Positions 40,066 to 50,630 are shown, numbered from the stretch's first letter. The stretch is 64,000 nucleotides of DNA from Phycisphaerales bacterium (GCA_965227775.1 OZ245777.1:640001-704000); one strand, 5' to 3'. The notes: a model not told the origin generated them from the letters alone. Translations and numbers: made by a program.

Positions 40066-42582
40066 CTAGTCGGCCAGTTCGCTCTCCGGCCGCACGCGCC
40101 GGGCGCGCCACACCATGCGGATGAGTTCCCACGATCCCACCGGCTCGCGGCCCATCGATCGCCGCATCTTGCCGAGCCGATACGCGTGCGCCCACTGCTG
40201 GCTCATGACTTCGATGGCCCACCACCACGTGCGCGTCGGGTCGTACACGTTGGTCGCTTCGGCGGACGACCCGTTGAGTTCGATTACGCTGAACCCGCGG
40301 CCGGCCCTCAACTCCGCCTCGTCTCGATAGCGGATATCGAAACGCCCGATGTCGAGCCCGCCAGGCATGCCGTCGGTGTTTGGGAAGCGCCTGCAGATGC
40401 CATCGATCACGTCGCTCAGCTCGTCGGTGATCAGGTCGGCACCATCCTCGAATCGGCAGCCCTGCGCGTGGTTGCCCGCCATACCCATCTTCACCCGTTC
40501 GCCTTTGGGTGGCACGCGGTCGATCGCGCGCCCGAATCGTGCGACGAACACCCGCTCTTGCACGCGGAAGCGATCGTCGGCCAGCACCAGTTGCCGCAGC
40601 GTGCGCTTCCCATCGCCCACGATGACCGGGAAGACCTTCCGTGTGACCGCGAAGATCTCGCCCTCGCGTCCGTGTTCGTCGGCTTTGCCTGGCTCACGCA
40701 GCCGTACCCAGAACAGCCCGACCTCGAAAGGCGCCGGATCGAACTTCTGTAACACCAGATCGGCGTGCACCCGCGCCACCTGCTCGCGAACGTCTTCGAC
40801 GCCGTGGCACACTCGCACGGCGCGGCCGCGTTCGCCGCGATCGGGCTTGAGCACGACCGGGTAGCCGCCAAGCTCGGGCCGTGCCTTCAGTAACCGCTCG
40901 ACGCGACGCACGCGACGCTCCGGGTCGCTGTGCATTCGAACGAGCACCGTGGGCAACAGCGGCGCACCGGCGGTCTCGAGCGCCGCGGCGATTGTGCTCT
41001 TGCGCTCTCCAACAAATCCGCCCGCACCGGCGATGCCCGGATTCGTCGCGGTGAACACAACCGGGTGCCGTGCCCGCAGCGTCTGCGTCACGAACGTCGG
41101 CGCCAGTAGCACGTAACTGATCCAGCTCGGCCAGAACTCGTGGCTGATCCACCGCCACACCTGGGCCCGGATGCGCTGGCGGCCCATGCGGGTCCACACG
41201 CGCGGCAGCACCCAGGTCAGCGGCGCCACGATCAATAGCACGACCAGCAACGCGGCAACGCCGTGCGACTCCACCGCCCACCACCCGCCGAAGCGCACCA
41301 GCAGCCACGCGGGCAGCAACGCGACCATGCCGATGACCAGGCACGCCGTCCGCCGCCACACGCCCGGCCCGCGCACCATCACCGCGAGCGCGAGCCCAAC
41401 GCTGGCAACTCCGTAATCGACGTACATGCCCGCAACGAGCGCCGCGGTCACGACCAGGCCCACGCGCCACCAGGCCAGCGCGAGCAGCATGACCACGAGC
41501 GCTTCAAGAGTCCAATGCCGGGAGCGCAGCCAGGTGGCGATCGCGTCCAGGGACCGCGTCACGGCGCCGTGCTCGGGCTTCACCGCCAGATCCACCGTCG
41601 CCCGCACGGGTGCTACGCCCGGTTGCTGGTGGCGTTGCACGAATGCCGCAATGTGCGACGCCAGCGGCTCGGGCTGGGTGAAGGGCATGATGTGTCCGCC
41701 GTCCAGCCGCACGAGCGTCGAGCGAGGAGCCAGCTCGTGGTGCACTTCCGCCGCCCAAGGCGCCACAAGGAAGTCCTGCTGCGCCTGCATGATCAGCAAG
41801 GGTTCTTGGAGCGTGCGCAGGGAGCCCGCCAGCGGGCGCTGGTCGGTATGCATGAAGTTCGCAATAAACGAGTACCAGAAGCTCCGCGGCCCGAGCAGAC
41901 CAAAGTGCGGCACCAGCTCCATCGCGGCAAACACGCCCACGTATCCCAGCGCGTACTTGGCCTTCTCGAAAAGGTAGTCGCCCGAGCCCTCGGTTCGCTG
42001 TGCGCCGGTCGCCATCATCATGGTAATGGACGCGACCTCGACGCTGTACTCGCCCTGCAGGTCGGCCATGTTCAGCACGACCGCGCCACCGTTGCTCCAG
42101 CCAAGCACGTGCACGCGCAGCGGCGCATCACCCGACCCGTTCAGATCCTCGAGCAACGCCATGCACGTTCGGGCCATCGCACGTGCCGAGTAGTCTCGCA
42201 CCCATGGCTCAGAGGCACCAAACCCCGGCAGATCAACCGCGATCGAGTCAATACCGCGCGATGCAAAGGCCGGACCCATCTCCTGGAAGTTTGTCGCATC
42301 GCCGGGCGAGCCGTGGATCATGAGGAGCAGCGGCGCATCTTCCTGCCCGCTGGGGTACGCGACGTATGCAACCTGGGACTCGTGCCCCTCGCGCGGGCCA
42401 TCGGCGGTCATCTCCGGCAGCGTCACGCGATCGGTGGGCTTGGGCGGAAGCATCGCCGACAGAAGCGTGGGATCGATCGCGTACACCACGTGCGACGCGA
42501 GCAGCAGGAGCAGGTACACCGCCAGCACCCACCGCCATCGCACGCGCCGCTTTGGCCTGGTCCAGTGCTCGACGCCCCGCAC
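40066..42582 (-). CDS. Alpha/beta hydrolase - multi-TM - ATP-grasp-like fusion protein
   Basis: HGSPG, DLPGFG, GWSNGG elbow, GGH; TM block; VVLKPDRGERG, GRFDIRY, IELNG; GTG start inferred. Confidence 0.75.
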   Translation of the reverse strand: MRGVEHWTRPKRRVRWRWVLAVYLLLLLASHVVYAIDPTLLSAMLPPKPTDRVTLPEMTADGPREGHESQVAYVAYPSGQEDAPLLLMIHGSPGDATNFQEMGPAFASRGIDSIAVDLPGFGASEPWVRDYSARAMARTCMALLEDLNGSGDAPLRVHVLGWSNGGAVVLNMADLQGEYSVEVASITMMMATGAQRTEGSGDYLFEKAKYALGYVGVFAAMELVPHFGLLGPRSFWYSFIANFMHTDQRPLAGSLRTLQEPLLIMQAQQDFLVAPWAAEVHHELAPRSTLVRLDGGHIMPFTQPEPLASHIAAFVQRHQQPGVAPVRATVDLAVKPEHGAVTRSLDAIATWLRSRHWTLEALVVMLLALAWWRVGLVVTAALVAGMYVDYGVASVGLALAVMVRGPGVWRRTACLVIGMVALLPAWLLVRFGGWWAVESHGVAALLVVLLIVAPLTWVLPRVWTRMGRQRIRAQVWRWISHEFWPSWISYVLLAPTFVTQTLRARHPVVFTATNPGIAGAGGFVGERKSTIAAALETAGAPLLPTVLVRMHSDPERRVRRVERLLKARPELGGYPVVLKPDRGERGRAVRVCHGVEDVREQVARVHADLVLQKFDPAPFEVGLFWVRLREPGKADEHGREGEIFAVTRKVFPVIVGDGKRTLRQLVLADDRFRVQERVFVARFGRAIDRVPPKGERVKMGMAGNHAQGCRFEDGADLITDELSDVIDGICRRFPNTDGMPGGLDIGRFDIRYRDEAELRAGRGFSVIELNGSSAEATNVYDPTRTWWWAIEVMSQQWAHAYRLGKMRRSMGREPVGSWELIRMVWRARRVRPESELAD

Positions 42583-42587
42583 CGCGG

Positions 42588-43715
42588 CTAGCTTTCGCCA
42601 CCGATGGTGATCGGCGTGAGCGGCCCGACCACCTTGCGCCGCCGGATCGCGGGATTGCCCAGCTGTCCGCACGCGGCCATGGTGCTGCGGCCCTTGGTCC
42701 GCCGCCGCTTCACGAACACGCCATGCGAGCTCAGGCGGTGCACGAATGCCTCGACGTCTTCCTCGTGCGGCGCGGGCCAGGGGCTGTCGCGCCGCGGGTT
42801 GTACGGAATCACGTTCACCATGCACCGCAGCGGCGCCACCCACTCGGCCAGCTCGTCTGCGTGCTCCATCGCGTCGTTGAGGCCCGGGATCAGCACATAC
42901 GCGATCAGGTAGGGCTTACCGGTGCCGTTTGGAAGATCGAGCAAGGCGTCGCGTAGCTCGCCCATCGGCATGGCCCGGTTGATGGGCATGATCCGATCTC
43001 GAATCGCGTCGTTGGGCGCGTTCAGGCTGATCGACACGCCAAGGCGGTGCCAGCCCGGCTGCCGCACGGCCTCGCGCAATCGCTTGAGTCCGTCCAGCCG
43101 CCCCACCGTCGAGACGGTGATCTTGCTCATCGCGAGCGCACAGCCCGCCTGATCGGTGAGCACGGCGATGGCCTGCAACACCGAGTCGGTGTTGGCTAGC
43201 GGCTCGCCCATGCCCATGAACACAAGGTTGCTCGGCTGCGCCCCGAGTTGATGCCGCGCGGCGTGCCACTGGCCCACAATCTGCGCGGGCGTGAGCGAGG
43301 CCATGAGCCCCATCTGCGCCGTCTCGCAGAAGCCGCAGCCCATCGCGCACCCGACCTGGCTGCTGACGCACAGCGAGTGTGCAAGCCGACCCTTGCGCCC
43401 GATCATGGGGATCACGACCGACTCGGCCTCGAGCTTCACGCCCTGCCGCTCGACATCGAGCTGCTGGACGAATTTCGTGATAACGCCCTCGGGCGTGTCC
43501 TCGCGCTCGCGCCTGACCAGCGGGCCCACGTGCGGCACGCCGATCTGCTCGAACACCGGGTCGTCGGTCCGCCCCTCCCGCAGGAACGCCTTGTAGGCGC
43601 GCAGGGCCCATAACCCGCGACCCTTCACGCGCGGTCCGACGGCCTCCACCCACTGCCGGCTGGTAAGCCCCAGGGGGCTGGGCGTGTCGGTCGTCTGTTC
43701 GGCCCGGGCGTGCAT
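42588..43715 (-). CDS. rlmN: RlmN-family radical SAM RNA methyltransferase
   Basis: CVSSQVGCAMGCGFC, MGMGEP, STVG, ISLNA, NVIPYN, AACGQL; start uncertain. Confidence 0.82.
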   Translation of the reverse strand: MHARAEQTTDTPSPLGLTSRQWVEAVGPRVKGRGLWALRAYKAFLREGRTDDPVFEQIGVPHVGPLVRREREDTPEGVITKFVQQLDVERQGVKLEAESVVIPMIGRKGRLAHSLCVSSQVGCAMGCGFCETAQMGLMASLTPAQIVGQWHAARHQLGAQPSNLVFMGMGEPLANTDSVLQAIAVLTDQAGCALAMSKITVSTVGRLDGLKRLREAVRQPGWHRLGVSISLNAPNDAIRDRIMPINRAMPMGELRDALLDLPNGTGKPYLIAYVLIPGLNDAMEHADELAEWVAPLRCMVNVIPYNPRRDSPWPAPHEEDVEAFVHRLSSHGVFVKRRRTKGRSTMAACGQLGNPAIRRRKVVGPLTPITIGGES

Positions 43716-43882
43716 CGCACCGATCGTACGGGCCACCCGGCCTGCACGGGCGCGGCAAGTGTGAGGATCTGGCCCAACTGGCCAAGCCGCGTGAAGTCGC
43801 CTCCGAAACCGGCCGAAGTCTGAGCTACGTGGACCGCCCCGCGCAGGGGCTGGGCGGTCATCACGCCAACGCGGAGGCGCTG

Positions 43883-44725
43883 ATGCCCAATCGCCAACGC
43901 CCGGCCCGGCCCGGGTTCACGCTCGTCGAACTCCTGGTCGTCATGGGCATCATCGCCGTGATCGCCGCCATCACGGTCCCAGCCATCGCCAACGCCCGCC
44001 AGACCGCCCAGAGCACCGTCACGCTCCAGCGGCTCGGCCAACTCAGCACGGTGGCCAACGTCTACGCGACCGACCATATAGACCGAATCTGGACCGCCCA
44101 GAACTGGCTCAAGACCATCGAGGGCGACACCGCCCAGCCCGGCGTGCTCATCGATGGTGGATATCTCACTGACGACGAGATCCTCGAATGCGCCGTGAAC
44201 GGCCGACGCCTGCCCCACCGAGCCTCGGGCGGCCACGCCCCCACGCCGCCCCCGGGCCTCTACGACCACGTCGAGGTCGATAGCGACTTCGCCTTCGTGC
44301 ACCAGGTCGAGGGTGCTCGCCTGGGTCTGCACACGCAATTCGCTTACTACCGCGACCCCACGCAGCGCGGATGGAGCGGCGGCGTCTGGCTCGAGGACGA
44401 GACCGCCCTCGTGAATCTGCCTGGTGTGCCTATCTTCGTCGAAGAGAACCCGGCGTTCTACCACGCCAACGACGAGATGCTCACCTTCAAGGGCTTCGAC
44501 CAGCTTGACCGCCGCCACGACGGGGGCGGCACGGGCAAGAGCCTGATGGCCTTTCTCGACGGTCACGCCGAGGGCACCGCCCCACCCGCCGACGACTCGC
44601 CCGAGGGCCTGGAGGTCAGCGACCTGACGGCCGCGCACTTCTACCTGAGCGCACGCGGCGGACGCTGGCGTGCCATGACGCTCAGCAGCGAGTACAAGTA
44701 CGGCTGGGTCAACGACCCCCGCTGA
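43883..44725 (+). CDS. Prepilin-type N-terminal cleavage protein with C-terminal H-X9-DG-like motif (DUF1559-like)
   Basis: GFTLVELLVVMGIIAVIAAI.VPA...AR; RRHDGGGTGKSLMAFLDGH. Confidence 0.85.
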   Translation: MPNRQRPARPGFTLVELLVVMGIIAVIAAITVPAIANARQTAQSTVTLQRLGQLSTVANVYATDHIDRIWTAQNWLKTIEGDTAQPGVLIDGGYLTDDEILECAVNGRRLPHRASGGHAPTPPPGLYDHVEVDSDFAFVHQVEGARLGLHTQFAYYRDPTQRGWSGGVWLEDETALVNLPGVPIFVEENPAFYHANDEMLTFKGFDQLDRRHDGGGTGKSLMAFLDGHAEGTAPPADDSPEGLEVSDLTAAHFYLSARGGRWRAMTLSSEYKYGWVNDPR

Positions 44726-44752
44726 CAACCAACTGAAACCCCGCGCGTCGCA

Positions 44753-45220
44753 TCACGCCCCGTGGTGCCACGCTCGCATCATCCACACGGTCTTCTCGAT
44801 GTCGTCGCCGATGGCGTCGAGGAGGTTGACCGTTGTGCGATCGCCCGCGCTCTCAGCATCGTCGATGACCTCGCGAACCTCCTTGTGGATCGCGAGCAGG
44901 TCGGCCACCGTGTTTTCCACCATCCGCTTATCGTCGGGTGTTCCCTCTTCTTCGCCGATGCGGGTGTGCTCCAAGCACCGCGCCAGCGTTGGCAGCGGTG
45001 TTGCTTCCTTCGCGCGGATGCGCTCGGCCAACTCGTCAAGGTACCCGGTCCACGCGGTGTAGATCTTCTCGAACTGTTCGTGCAGTTCGAAGAACTGCCG
45101 CCCCCGGACATTCCAGTGGTAGTTCTGGATCTTGTAGCGGAACACCGCCGCATCGGCCAGCAGCCTGTTCAGACCGCTGATGATGGTGGCGTCGATCTCC
45201 GTGTTCGTTGCGTCGGCCAT
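44753..45220 (-). CDS. dps: Dps / DNA starvation-stationary phase ferritin
   Basis: NYHWNVRG..FFELHEQFE, DELAER, EKTVWM. Confidence 0.93.
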   Translation of the reverse strand: MADATNTEIDATIISGLNRLLADAAVFRYKIQNYHWNVRGRQFFELHEQFEKIYTAWTGYLDELAERIRAKEATPLPTLARCLEHTRIGEEEGTPDDKRMVENTVADLLAIHKEVREVIDDAESAGDRTTVNLLDAIGDDIEKTVWMMRAWHHGA

Positions 45221-45336
45221 GCGTGCCTCCCGTTCTCGGGCCAGGCGTCCGCATTTGGCGGGCAATAGCCATCGCACACGCCCGTTTCCCGTGTATTATT
45301 TTAGCCAGCAACGGATACACACTGGGGGTTCTCTCG

Positions 45337-46533
45337 ATGCACAAGACGCTCTGCTCGCTCTCCGCGGTTGCCTTGACACCCGCCTGCTGGGCGCAGTGCG
45401 ACTTCGGCGCGGCCGACGCGCTCGCCGCCGCAATCGTGGACGACTTCCCCCTGGTCTCGGGTGCGAGCCTGCGCCTGGAAGACCCCCTGCTGCCCGGCCC
45501 GAGCCTCGAACGCTTCTACGGCGACTACGACCGTGGCACGGTCGTGCCTATCGCGAGCGCGACCAAGCTGCTGTCGGCCATCGTCGTCATGTCCTGCGTA
45601 GAGCAAGACGGCCTCGATCTGGACGCGCCCGTCGCGACGTACCTGCCCGAGTTTGGTGGCACCAAGGGCACCATGACCGTCCGCCAGATGTTCAGCCACA
45701 CGTCAGGCCTGCCGAGCAATAGCGTGTTCGCGTTCGATCCCTCGATCACGCTCGCACAAGCGGTGACACGCATCGCGCTGTTTACACCGCTGGAAGCAAC
45801 ACCGGGCACCGACTTCTGCTACGGGCAGGTGAGCATGCATGTCGCCGGTCGCGTGTGCGAGGTCGTCAGCGGCACCGACTGGGACACACTGTTCGCCGAA
45901 CGCGTCGCAATGCCACTGGGCCTGACCGACACGAACTACGACGGGCTCTACGAGACCACCAACCCGCTCATCGCCGGCGGAGCAGAGAGCAGCTTGGAAG
46001 ACTACTCGCGCGTCATCCGCATGCTCATCGACGGTGGCATGTACCGGGGCGAGCGCATCATCGAGCAGTCCTCGATCAACGCTATGTTCACAGATCTCAC
46101 CGCGGGCCTGCCCATCCGTTGCACGCCCGCATCGCGAGACACGCAGAACTATGGCCTGGGCGCTTGGGTGCTCACGCGCGCCGATGGCTCGCGCCGCGTC
46201 GATAGCCCTGGTGCCTTTGCCTACACACCCTGGGTCGAGCTGGACGACGCCGGCAATCCCCTGCTCGGCGGCGTGTACATGATCGAAGACGGTGTCTCTT
46301 CGCTCAGCGATCCGATCGACGCGGTGCAGGACGCCGCACTTGATTCGAGGCTCGCCTGCACGCCGTGCGCGGCCGACATCGACGGTGATGGAACGCTCAC
46401 GCTCTTCGACTTCCTCGCCTTCCAGACGGCATGGACAGCGGGAGACCCGGTCGGCGACTTCGATCGCGATGGCGTGCTCGATCTCTTCGACTTCCTGGCG
46501 TACAGCAACGCGTTCGACGCGGGCTGCTCCTAA
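45337..46533 (+). CDS. Secreted serine hydrolase (beta-lactamase/PBP-like) with C-terminal dockerin-like 'GC' domain
   Basis: Signal peptide, IASATK (SxxK), HTSGL, PGTDFCY; C-terminal CAADIDGDG..FDFLAF...DFDRDG..FDFL...AGC. Confidence 0.85.
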   Translation: MHKTLCSLSAVALTPACWAQCDFGAADALAAAIVDDFPLVSGASLRLEDPLLPGPSLERFYGDYDRGTVVPIASATKLLSAIVVMSCVEQDGLDLDAPVATYLPEFGGTKGTMTVRQMFSHTSGLPSNSVFAFDPSITLAQAVTRIALFTPLEATPGTDFCYGQVSMHVAGRVCEVVSGTDWDTLFAERVAMPLGLTDTNYDGLYETTNPLIAGGAESSLEDYSRVIRMLIDGGMYRGERIIEQSSINAMFTDLTAGLPIRCTPASRDTQNYGLGAWVLTRADGSRRVDSPGAFAYTPWVELDDAGNPLLGGVYMIEDGVSSLSDPIDAVQDAALDSRLACTPCAADIDGDGTLTLFDFLAFQTAWTAGDPVGDFDRDGVLDLFDFLAYSNAFDAGCS

Positions 46534-47558
46534 GAAGTCCTTTTGCGCTTGCGGGGAGTGGGCTGGTCGGCTTTGAGCTGCGCCGCGGTGAACGAGCGGC
46601 CAGTGGTGCGCTTGTCCCACGTGTGGGCAGGGCCGCGGCTGGTTTCGTAGCTCATCCAGAGATCCAACCAGTAGCTTCGGAAGGCCTGCCCGCCCTGGCC
46701 GATGCCGAATCGCTCGTAGTGCGCCGTCACCAGCTTGAGCACCTCACGATCGGTGCCCGTGAAGCCCAGCACGCTGCGCCCATGCCTGACGCTCTCGGTG
46801 TCGAGCGGCAGGAATCCATAGCGACCCATGAGCTGCATGATGTTGTGCGCGGCATACGGCCCGATGCCCGGCAGGTCGAGCAGGAAGCGGCGGACCTCGT
46901 CGTCTGGCGTTTGCGGATCCTCAAGCCAAGCCTGGGGAATCTGTCCCTTGTAGAACATCCTTGCAAGGTCGACGAGTCGCTGATCTCGGTAGCCCACGCG
47001 GCAGCGCGAACGCAGCCATGTCGCCTTCTTGCGCGCAAGCTGCTCTGGCGTAGGAAACGCGTGCACGCCACTCGGCGTCGGCGATCCGACACGGGCGCAC
47101 AGCGCGGCGTTCATATCGATGGTGCCCGGCCACTGCACGTTGCAGCTTGTCACCGTTTTTGCCATGTCCTCGAACAGCGTGGCCGATCGCATGAGGCGGC
47201 CTCGCCCGCTGAAGCGCCAGCGGTCATCGACGGCGTGAAACGCCGCAATGTCCTCTTCGCTCTCATCCAGACGCAAGATGCGGGTGACCATGGCGCGTGC
47301 CTGCGCGCTCTCATCTCGCGTGAGCGAGCGATCGGCAGTCACGTTCAGGTGCATGCCCACGCGCTGCTGGCGGATGACCACGCGAGTTCCACCGTGCTCG
47401 AGCGCAAGCGCCGCGGAGTACACACCCGAATCGGGATACCACTCGTAGGGCTCGAGCAGGAAGTAGCCATAGGAGCACGCGTCGCGTGCCAGATCGAAAT
47501 CCGCCGGCGCGGCGATACGCAAACGCGTGGGCCTGGGTGTCGCTTGAGGCGCCCCCAC
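46530..47558 (-). CDS. HhH-GPD superfamily DNA glycosylase/AP lyase (AlkA/Ogg-like)
   Basis: FED..KT..SCN..W, FPTPEQL, GYR, LPGIGPYAA, PLD; GTG start inferred just after the upstream stop. Confidence 0.8.
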   Translation of the reverse strand: MGAPQATPRPTRLRIAAPADFDLARDACSYGYFLLEPYEWYPDSGVYSAALALEHGGTRVVIRQQRVGMHLNVTADRSLTRDESAQARAMVTRILRLDESEEDIAAFHAVDDRWRFSGRGRLMRSATLFEDMAKTVTSCNVQWPGTIDMNAALCARVGSPTPSGVHAFPTPEQLARKKATWLRSRCRVGYRDQRLVDLARMFYKGQIPQAWLEDPQTPDDEVRRFLLDLPGIGPYAAHNIMQLMGRYGFLPLDTESVRHGRSVLGFTGTDREVLKLVTAHYERFGIGQGGQAFRSYWLDLWMSYETSRGPAHTWDKRTTGRSFTAAQLKADQPTPRKRKRTS

Positions 47559-47560
47559 CG

Positions 47561-48289
47561 CTACACCGCCAAAAGACGGTCGAACGGCACCGCGAAGGAG
47601 GCGATGTTGACGCACAAGCGGTCGGAAGCCCGCGCGAACATCGCGTAGTGCTCGTCCAGCTGCGCTTCGATCTCTTCCAGCGTGCGGGGCACCTCGCCCA
47701 TCACGCGCTTCAGCACGGACACATGCCGCGTGATGCCCGGGCGATCGAACTCGAAGTGGTACTGGAACCCATAGGTTCGAATACCAACCTTGAAGCACTC
47801 GACGGGTGTCGTCGCGCTCTTGGCCAGCACCGTCGCACCGGGAGGCGCCTTCGAGACGTGGTGCTCGTGGCTCTGGAACATCGGCAGCTTCCAGGGCATG
47901 CCGGCGAGCATGGTCTCGGTCTGCCCGGGCACGGTCAGTTCCACCGGCTCGAAGCCCAGGGCCATCTCCGGCAGCTTCTCGACCTCGCCGCCCAGCGCCC
48001 GCGCGATGAGCTGGTGGCCCATGCACAGGCCGATGACGGGCATCTTGGCCTCGTGGGCCTGGCGGATCAGGTCGAGCGTGCGCGTGATCCACGGCTCATC
48101 GCCCAGCGGGGACTTCGGGCTGCCCAACACGACAAGGCCCTGGGCGTTGTCCATGTCGGCGGGCACCGCCGCCTCGCCGTCGCGGTCGATGCGGCGGTAG
48201 TCGATCTTGAACCCGTGGTCGCGCAGGGTGACCCCCAAGCGGCCCGGGCCGAGGTGTTGTCCGTCCTGAAGAACGATGATGGTGGCCAT
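47561..48289 (-). CDS. Class I glutamine amidotransferase (GMP synthase-like, stand-alone)
   Basis: GLCMGHQL nucleophile, FQSH, FQYHFE. Confidence 0.88.
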   Translation of the reverse strand: MATIIVLQDGQHLGPGRLGVTLRDHGFKIDYRRIDRDGEAAVPADMDNAQGLVVLGSPKSPLGDEPWITRTLDLIRQAHEAKMPVIGLCMGHQLIARALGGEVEKLPEMALGFEPVELTVPGQTETMLAGMPWKLPMFQSHEHHVSKAPPGATVLAKSATTPVECFKVGIRTYGFQYHFEFDRPGITRHVSVLKRVMGEVPRTLEEIEAQLDEHYAMFARASDRLCVNIASFAVPFDRLLAV

Positions 48290-48402
48290 GGGAGCCGATG
48301 TTAGCGTGTGGCGACCCCGTTCGCCCGCGGCTCGGCACGAGGCTCTAGCCTCTCTTGGCCGAGCGAAGGCTCGCCGCCGGACCCCAGGCCCAGGAGATCG
48401 AC

Positions 48403-49962
48403 GTGAAGAACCGCACCGCTGAACTTATCCGGACCCTTCAAGCATCCGCGTGCGCTGCCGTGCTCGCGGCAGGCGCCGGCGTTGCTGTGGCGCAGGCCAC
48501 GTCGCTCACCACCGATCAGGCCGAATCCCAGGCGGCCCCCGCCGACATCCGTGAGTCGACCGTCAAGATCTTCACGACCAGCCGAGGACCCGACCTGACT
48601 CGCCCCTGGACACGCCAGCAGCCGGCCGACTCGACGGGCTCGGGCCTGGTCATCGAGGGCGGCCGAATCCTGACCAACGCGCACGTCGTCGAGTACGGGC
48701 AGCAGATCTTCGTGCAGCCCTACCTCACGAGCCAGCGCCTGGCCGCACGCGTCATCGCACGCAACACCGGCATCGATCTCGCTCTGCTGGAGCTCGAAGA
48801 CGAGGGTGCTCTCGACGGCGTGCCCATGGCCGTACTCAGCGACACGCTTCCGGATATCGGCGACAAGGCAAACGCGCTTGGCTACCCGATGGGCGGCGAA
48901 GAGCTGTCGATCACCGAGGGAATCGTCTCACGCATCGAGTTCGTGGGCTATCAGGCCGGCACGCTCGGCCTGCGCATCCAGGTCGACGCCGCCCTTAACC
49001 CCGGCAACTCGGGCGGGCCCGTCACCGTCGATGGCGAGGTCATCGGCCTGACCTTCAGCGGCATCTCGCAGGCCGACAACATTGGCTACATCATCCCGAA
49101 CGAAGAGATCCGACTGTTCCTCAGCGACATCGAGGACGGCGAGGTCGACGGCCGGCCGTTCCTTCGCGAGACCTTCGACAACACCCGCAACCCCGGCGTG
49201 CGCGCCAAGCTGGGCCTGACGCCGCAGCTGGAGGGCATGGTCGTGGCGGGCGCCGTCGAGGGCAACCCGCTGCAATCCTGGGACGTCGTCACCAGCATCG
49301 CCGGCCGCAGCGTCGACAGCCAGGGCCTTGTCAGCGTCACCGACGACCTGCGGCTGTACTTCGAGTACTTCGTCCATCATGGACTGAACGATGACGACAC
49401 GATCACGCTGGGCGTCTTGCGGGACGGCGAGGAGATCGAGGTCCGCTCGCCCGTCGTGCGCGGCGCCGACGACTTCTTCGACGCGCTCGACAACACCTAT
49501 CCCAGCTACATGGTCTTCGGCCCGCTGGTGTTCACGCCGGTGTACCAGGCGCACGTCTACGGGCTCGACCTCGACCGCATGGCCGCCCGTCGCAGCCCAC
49601 TCGTCAAGCGCGCCTTCACCGGCAAGGACGAAGAGGCCGAAGTGCAGCAGTACGTCATCCTCGCCGGTGGCATGCTCAACCACCGGGTGAATCTTGCCTA
49701 TGACGTCCCGCCGTTCGCGACGCTCAAGAGCATCAACGGCACGACGATCACGAGCCTTGAGCACTGCATCACCACGCTCAAGGAGCTTGCCGATTCGTCG
49801 GAAGAGTTCATCACGTTCGAGTTCTACGACCGCGGGGCCGATCGCTTGGTCTACCGACGCAGCGACATCCTGGCCTCCATCGAAGACGTGCTGAACGAGA
49901 ACGGCATCCGCCGCCCGATCTCGAGCGATCTCGCAGATCTCTGGCCCGACCTGGGCGAGTAA
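48403..49962 (+). CDS. Secreted trypsin-like (Deg/HtrA) serine protease with PDZ domains
   Basis: Signal peptide, TGSG, LTNAHVV, DLALL, ALNPGNSGGP; GGAG before GTG 48403. Confidence 0.9.
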   Translation: MKNRTAELIRTLQASACAAVLAAGAGVAVAQATSLTTDQAESQAAPADIRESTVKIFTTSRGPDLTRPWTRQQPADSTGSGLVIEGGRILTNAHVVEYGQQIFVQPYLTSQRLAARVIARNTGIDLALLELEDEGALDGVPMAVLSDTLPDIGDKANALGYPMGGEELSITEGIVSRIEFVGYQAGTLGLRIQVDAALNPGNSGGPVTVDGEVIGLTFSGISQADNIGYIIPNEEIRLFLSDIEDGEVDGRPFLRETFDNTRNPGVRAKLGLTPQLEGMVVAGAVEGNPLQSWDVVTSIAGRSVDSQGLVSVTDDLRLYFEYFVHHGLNDDDTITLGVLRDGEEIEVRSPVVRGADDFFDALDNTYPSYMVFGPLVFTPVYQAHVYGLDLDRMAARRSPLVKRAFTGKDEEAEVQQYVILAGGMLNHRVNLAYDVPPFATLKSINGTTITSLEHCITTLKELADSSEEFITFEFYDRGADRLVYRRSDILASIEDVLNENGIRRPISSDLADLWPDLGE

Positions 49963-49968
49963 CCACGC

Positions 49969-50616
49969 TCACGCGTAGAGCGCGACGGTGGCGTCGTGCG
50001 GGCCGAGATAGTCCTGGCGGAACAGCATCCGCCCGCTGGCGCGCTGCGCCCACTTGAACACGTGGCCGCTGTTGAAGCGATTGGCCGGGCCGGTCGCTTC
50101 GCGCCGCTTCCGCCCGGCCGAGCTCAAGAAGTTGAATGCCAGCACCGCGCCCTCGTGCCCGTAGAGCGCGTCCCACGCTCGATCGAGCACCGCGAGCGCC
50201 GTGCGCTCATCGAGCGTGTTGAGCGAGCCGCTGAAGATCACCCGATCGACGCCATGCTCACGCACCAGCCTGGTAAACAACCCGGCATCTCGCACGAAAT
50301 CCGCGGTCTCCCAGCAGCTGCCGGGGAAGCGCTCGCTGACCGACTCGACCAACTCGCTGATGCCCTCGACGCCTACGTACAGCCGAGGCTCTTGCTTGGC
50401 GGCTTGCAGGAACTCCATCAGGTCGCCACGGCCCGCGCCCATGTCGGCCAAGACCGCGCCCTTGGGTCGGCAGACCTCCGCAAGCACCTTGAAACGGGTG
50501 ACCTGATACTCTTGGCTCCGCCACAGCAGTGCTTCAAACCCAGGGCCATGGGCACGCACCGCCTCGCGGTACGGCTCGAGATACCGCGGGTCGGGCTGAT
50601 TGGTGCTGTCGGGCAT
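49969..50616 (-). CDS. Class I SAM-dependent methyltransferase
   Basis: LADMGAGRGD motif I, SGSLN, AFNFLS. Confidence 0.78.
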   Translation of the reverse strand: MPDSTNQPDPRYLEPYREAVRAHGPGFEALLWRSQEYQVTRFKVLAEVCRPKGAVLADMGAGRGDLMEFLQAAKQEPRLYVGVEGISELVESVSERFPGSCWETADFVRDAGLFTRLVREHGVDRVIFSGSLNTLDERTALAVLDRAWDALYGHEGAVLAFNFLSSAGRKRREATGPANRFNSGHVFKWAQRASGRMLFRQDYLGPHDATVALYA

Positions 50617-50630
50617 GCTCGGAGTCTTGT

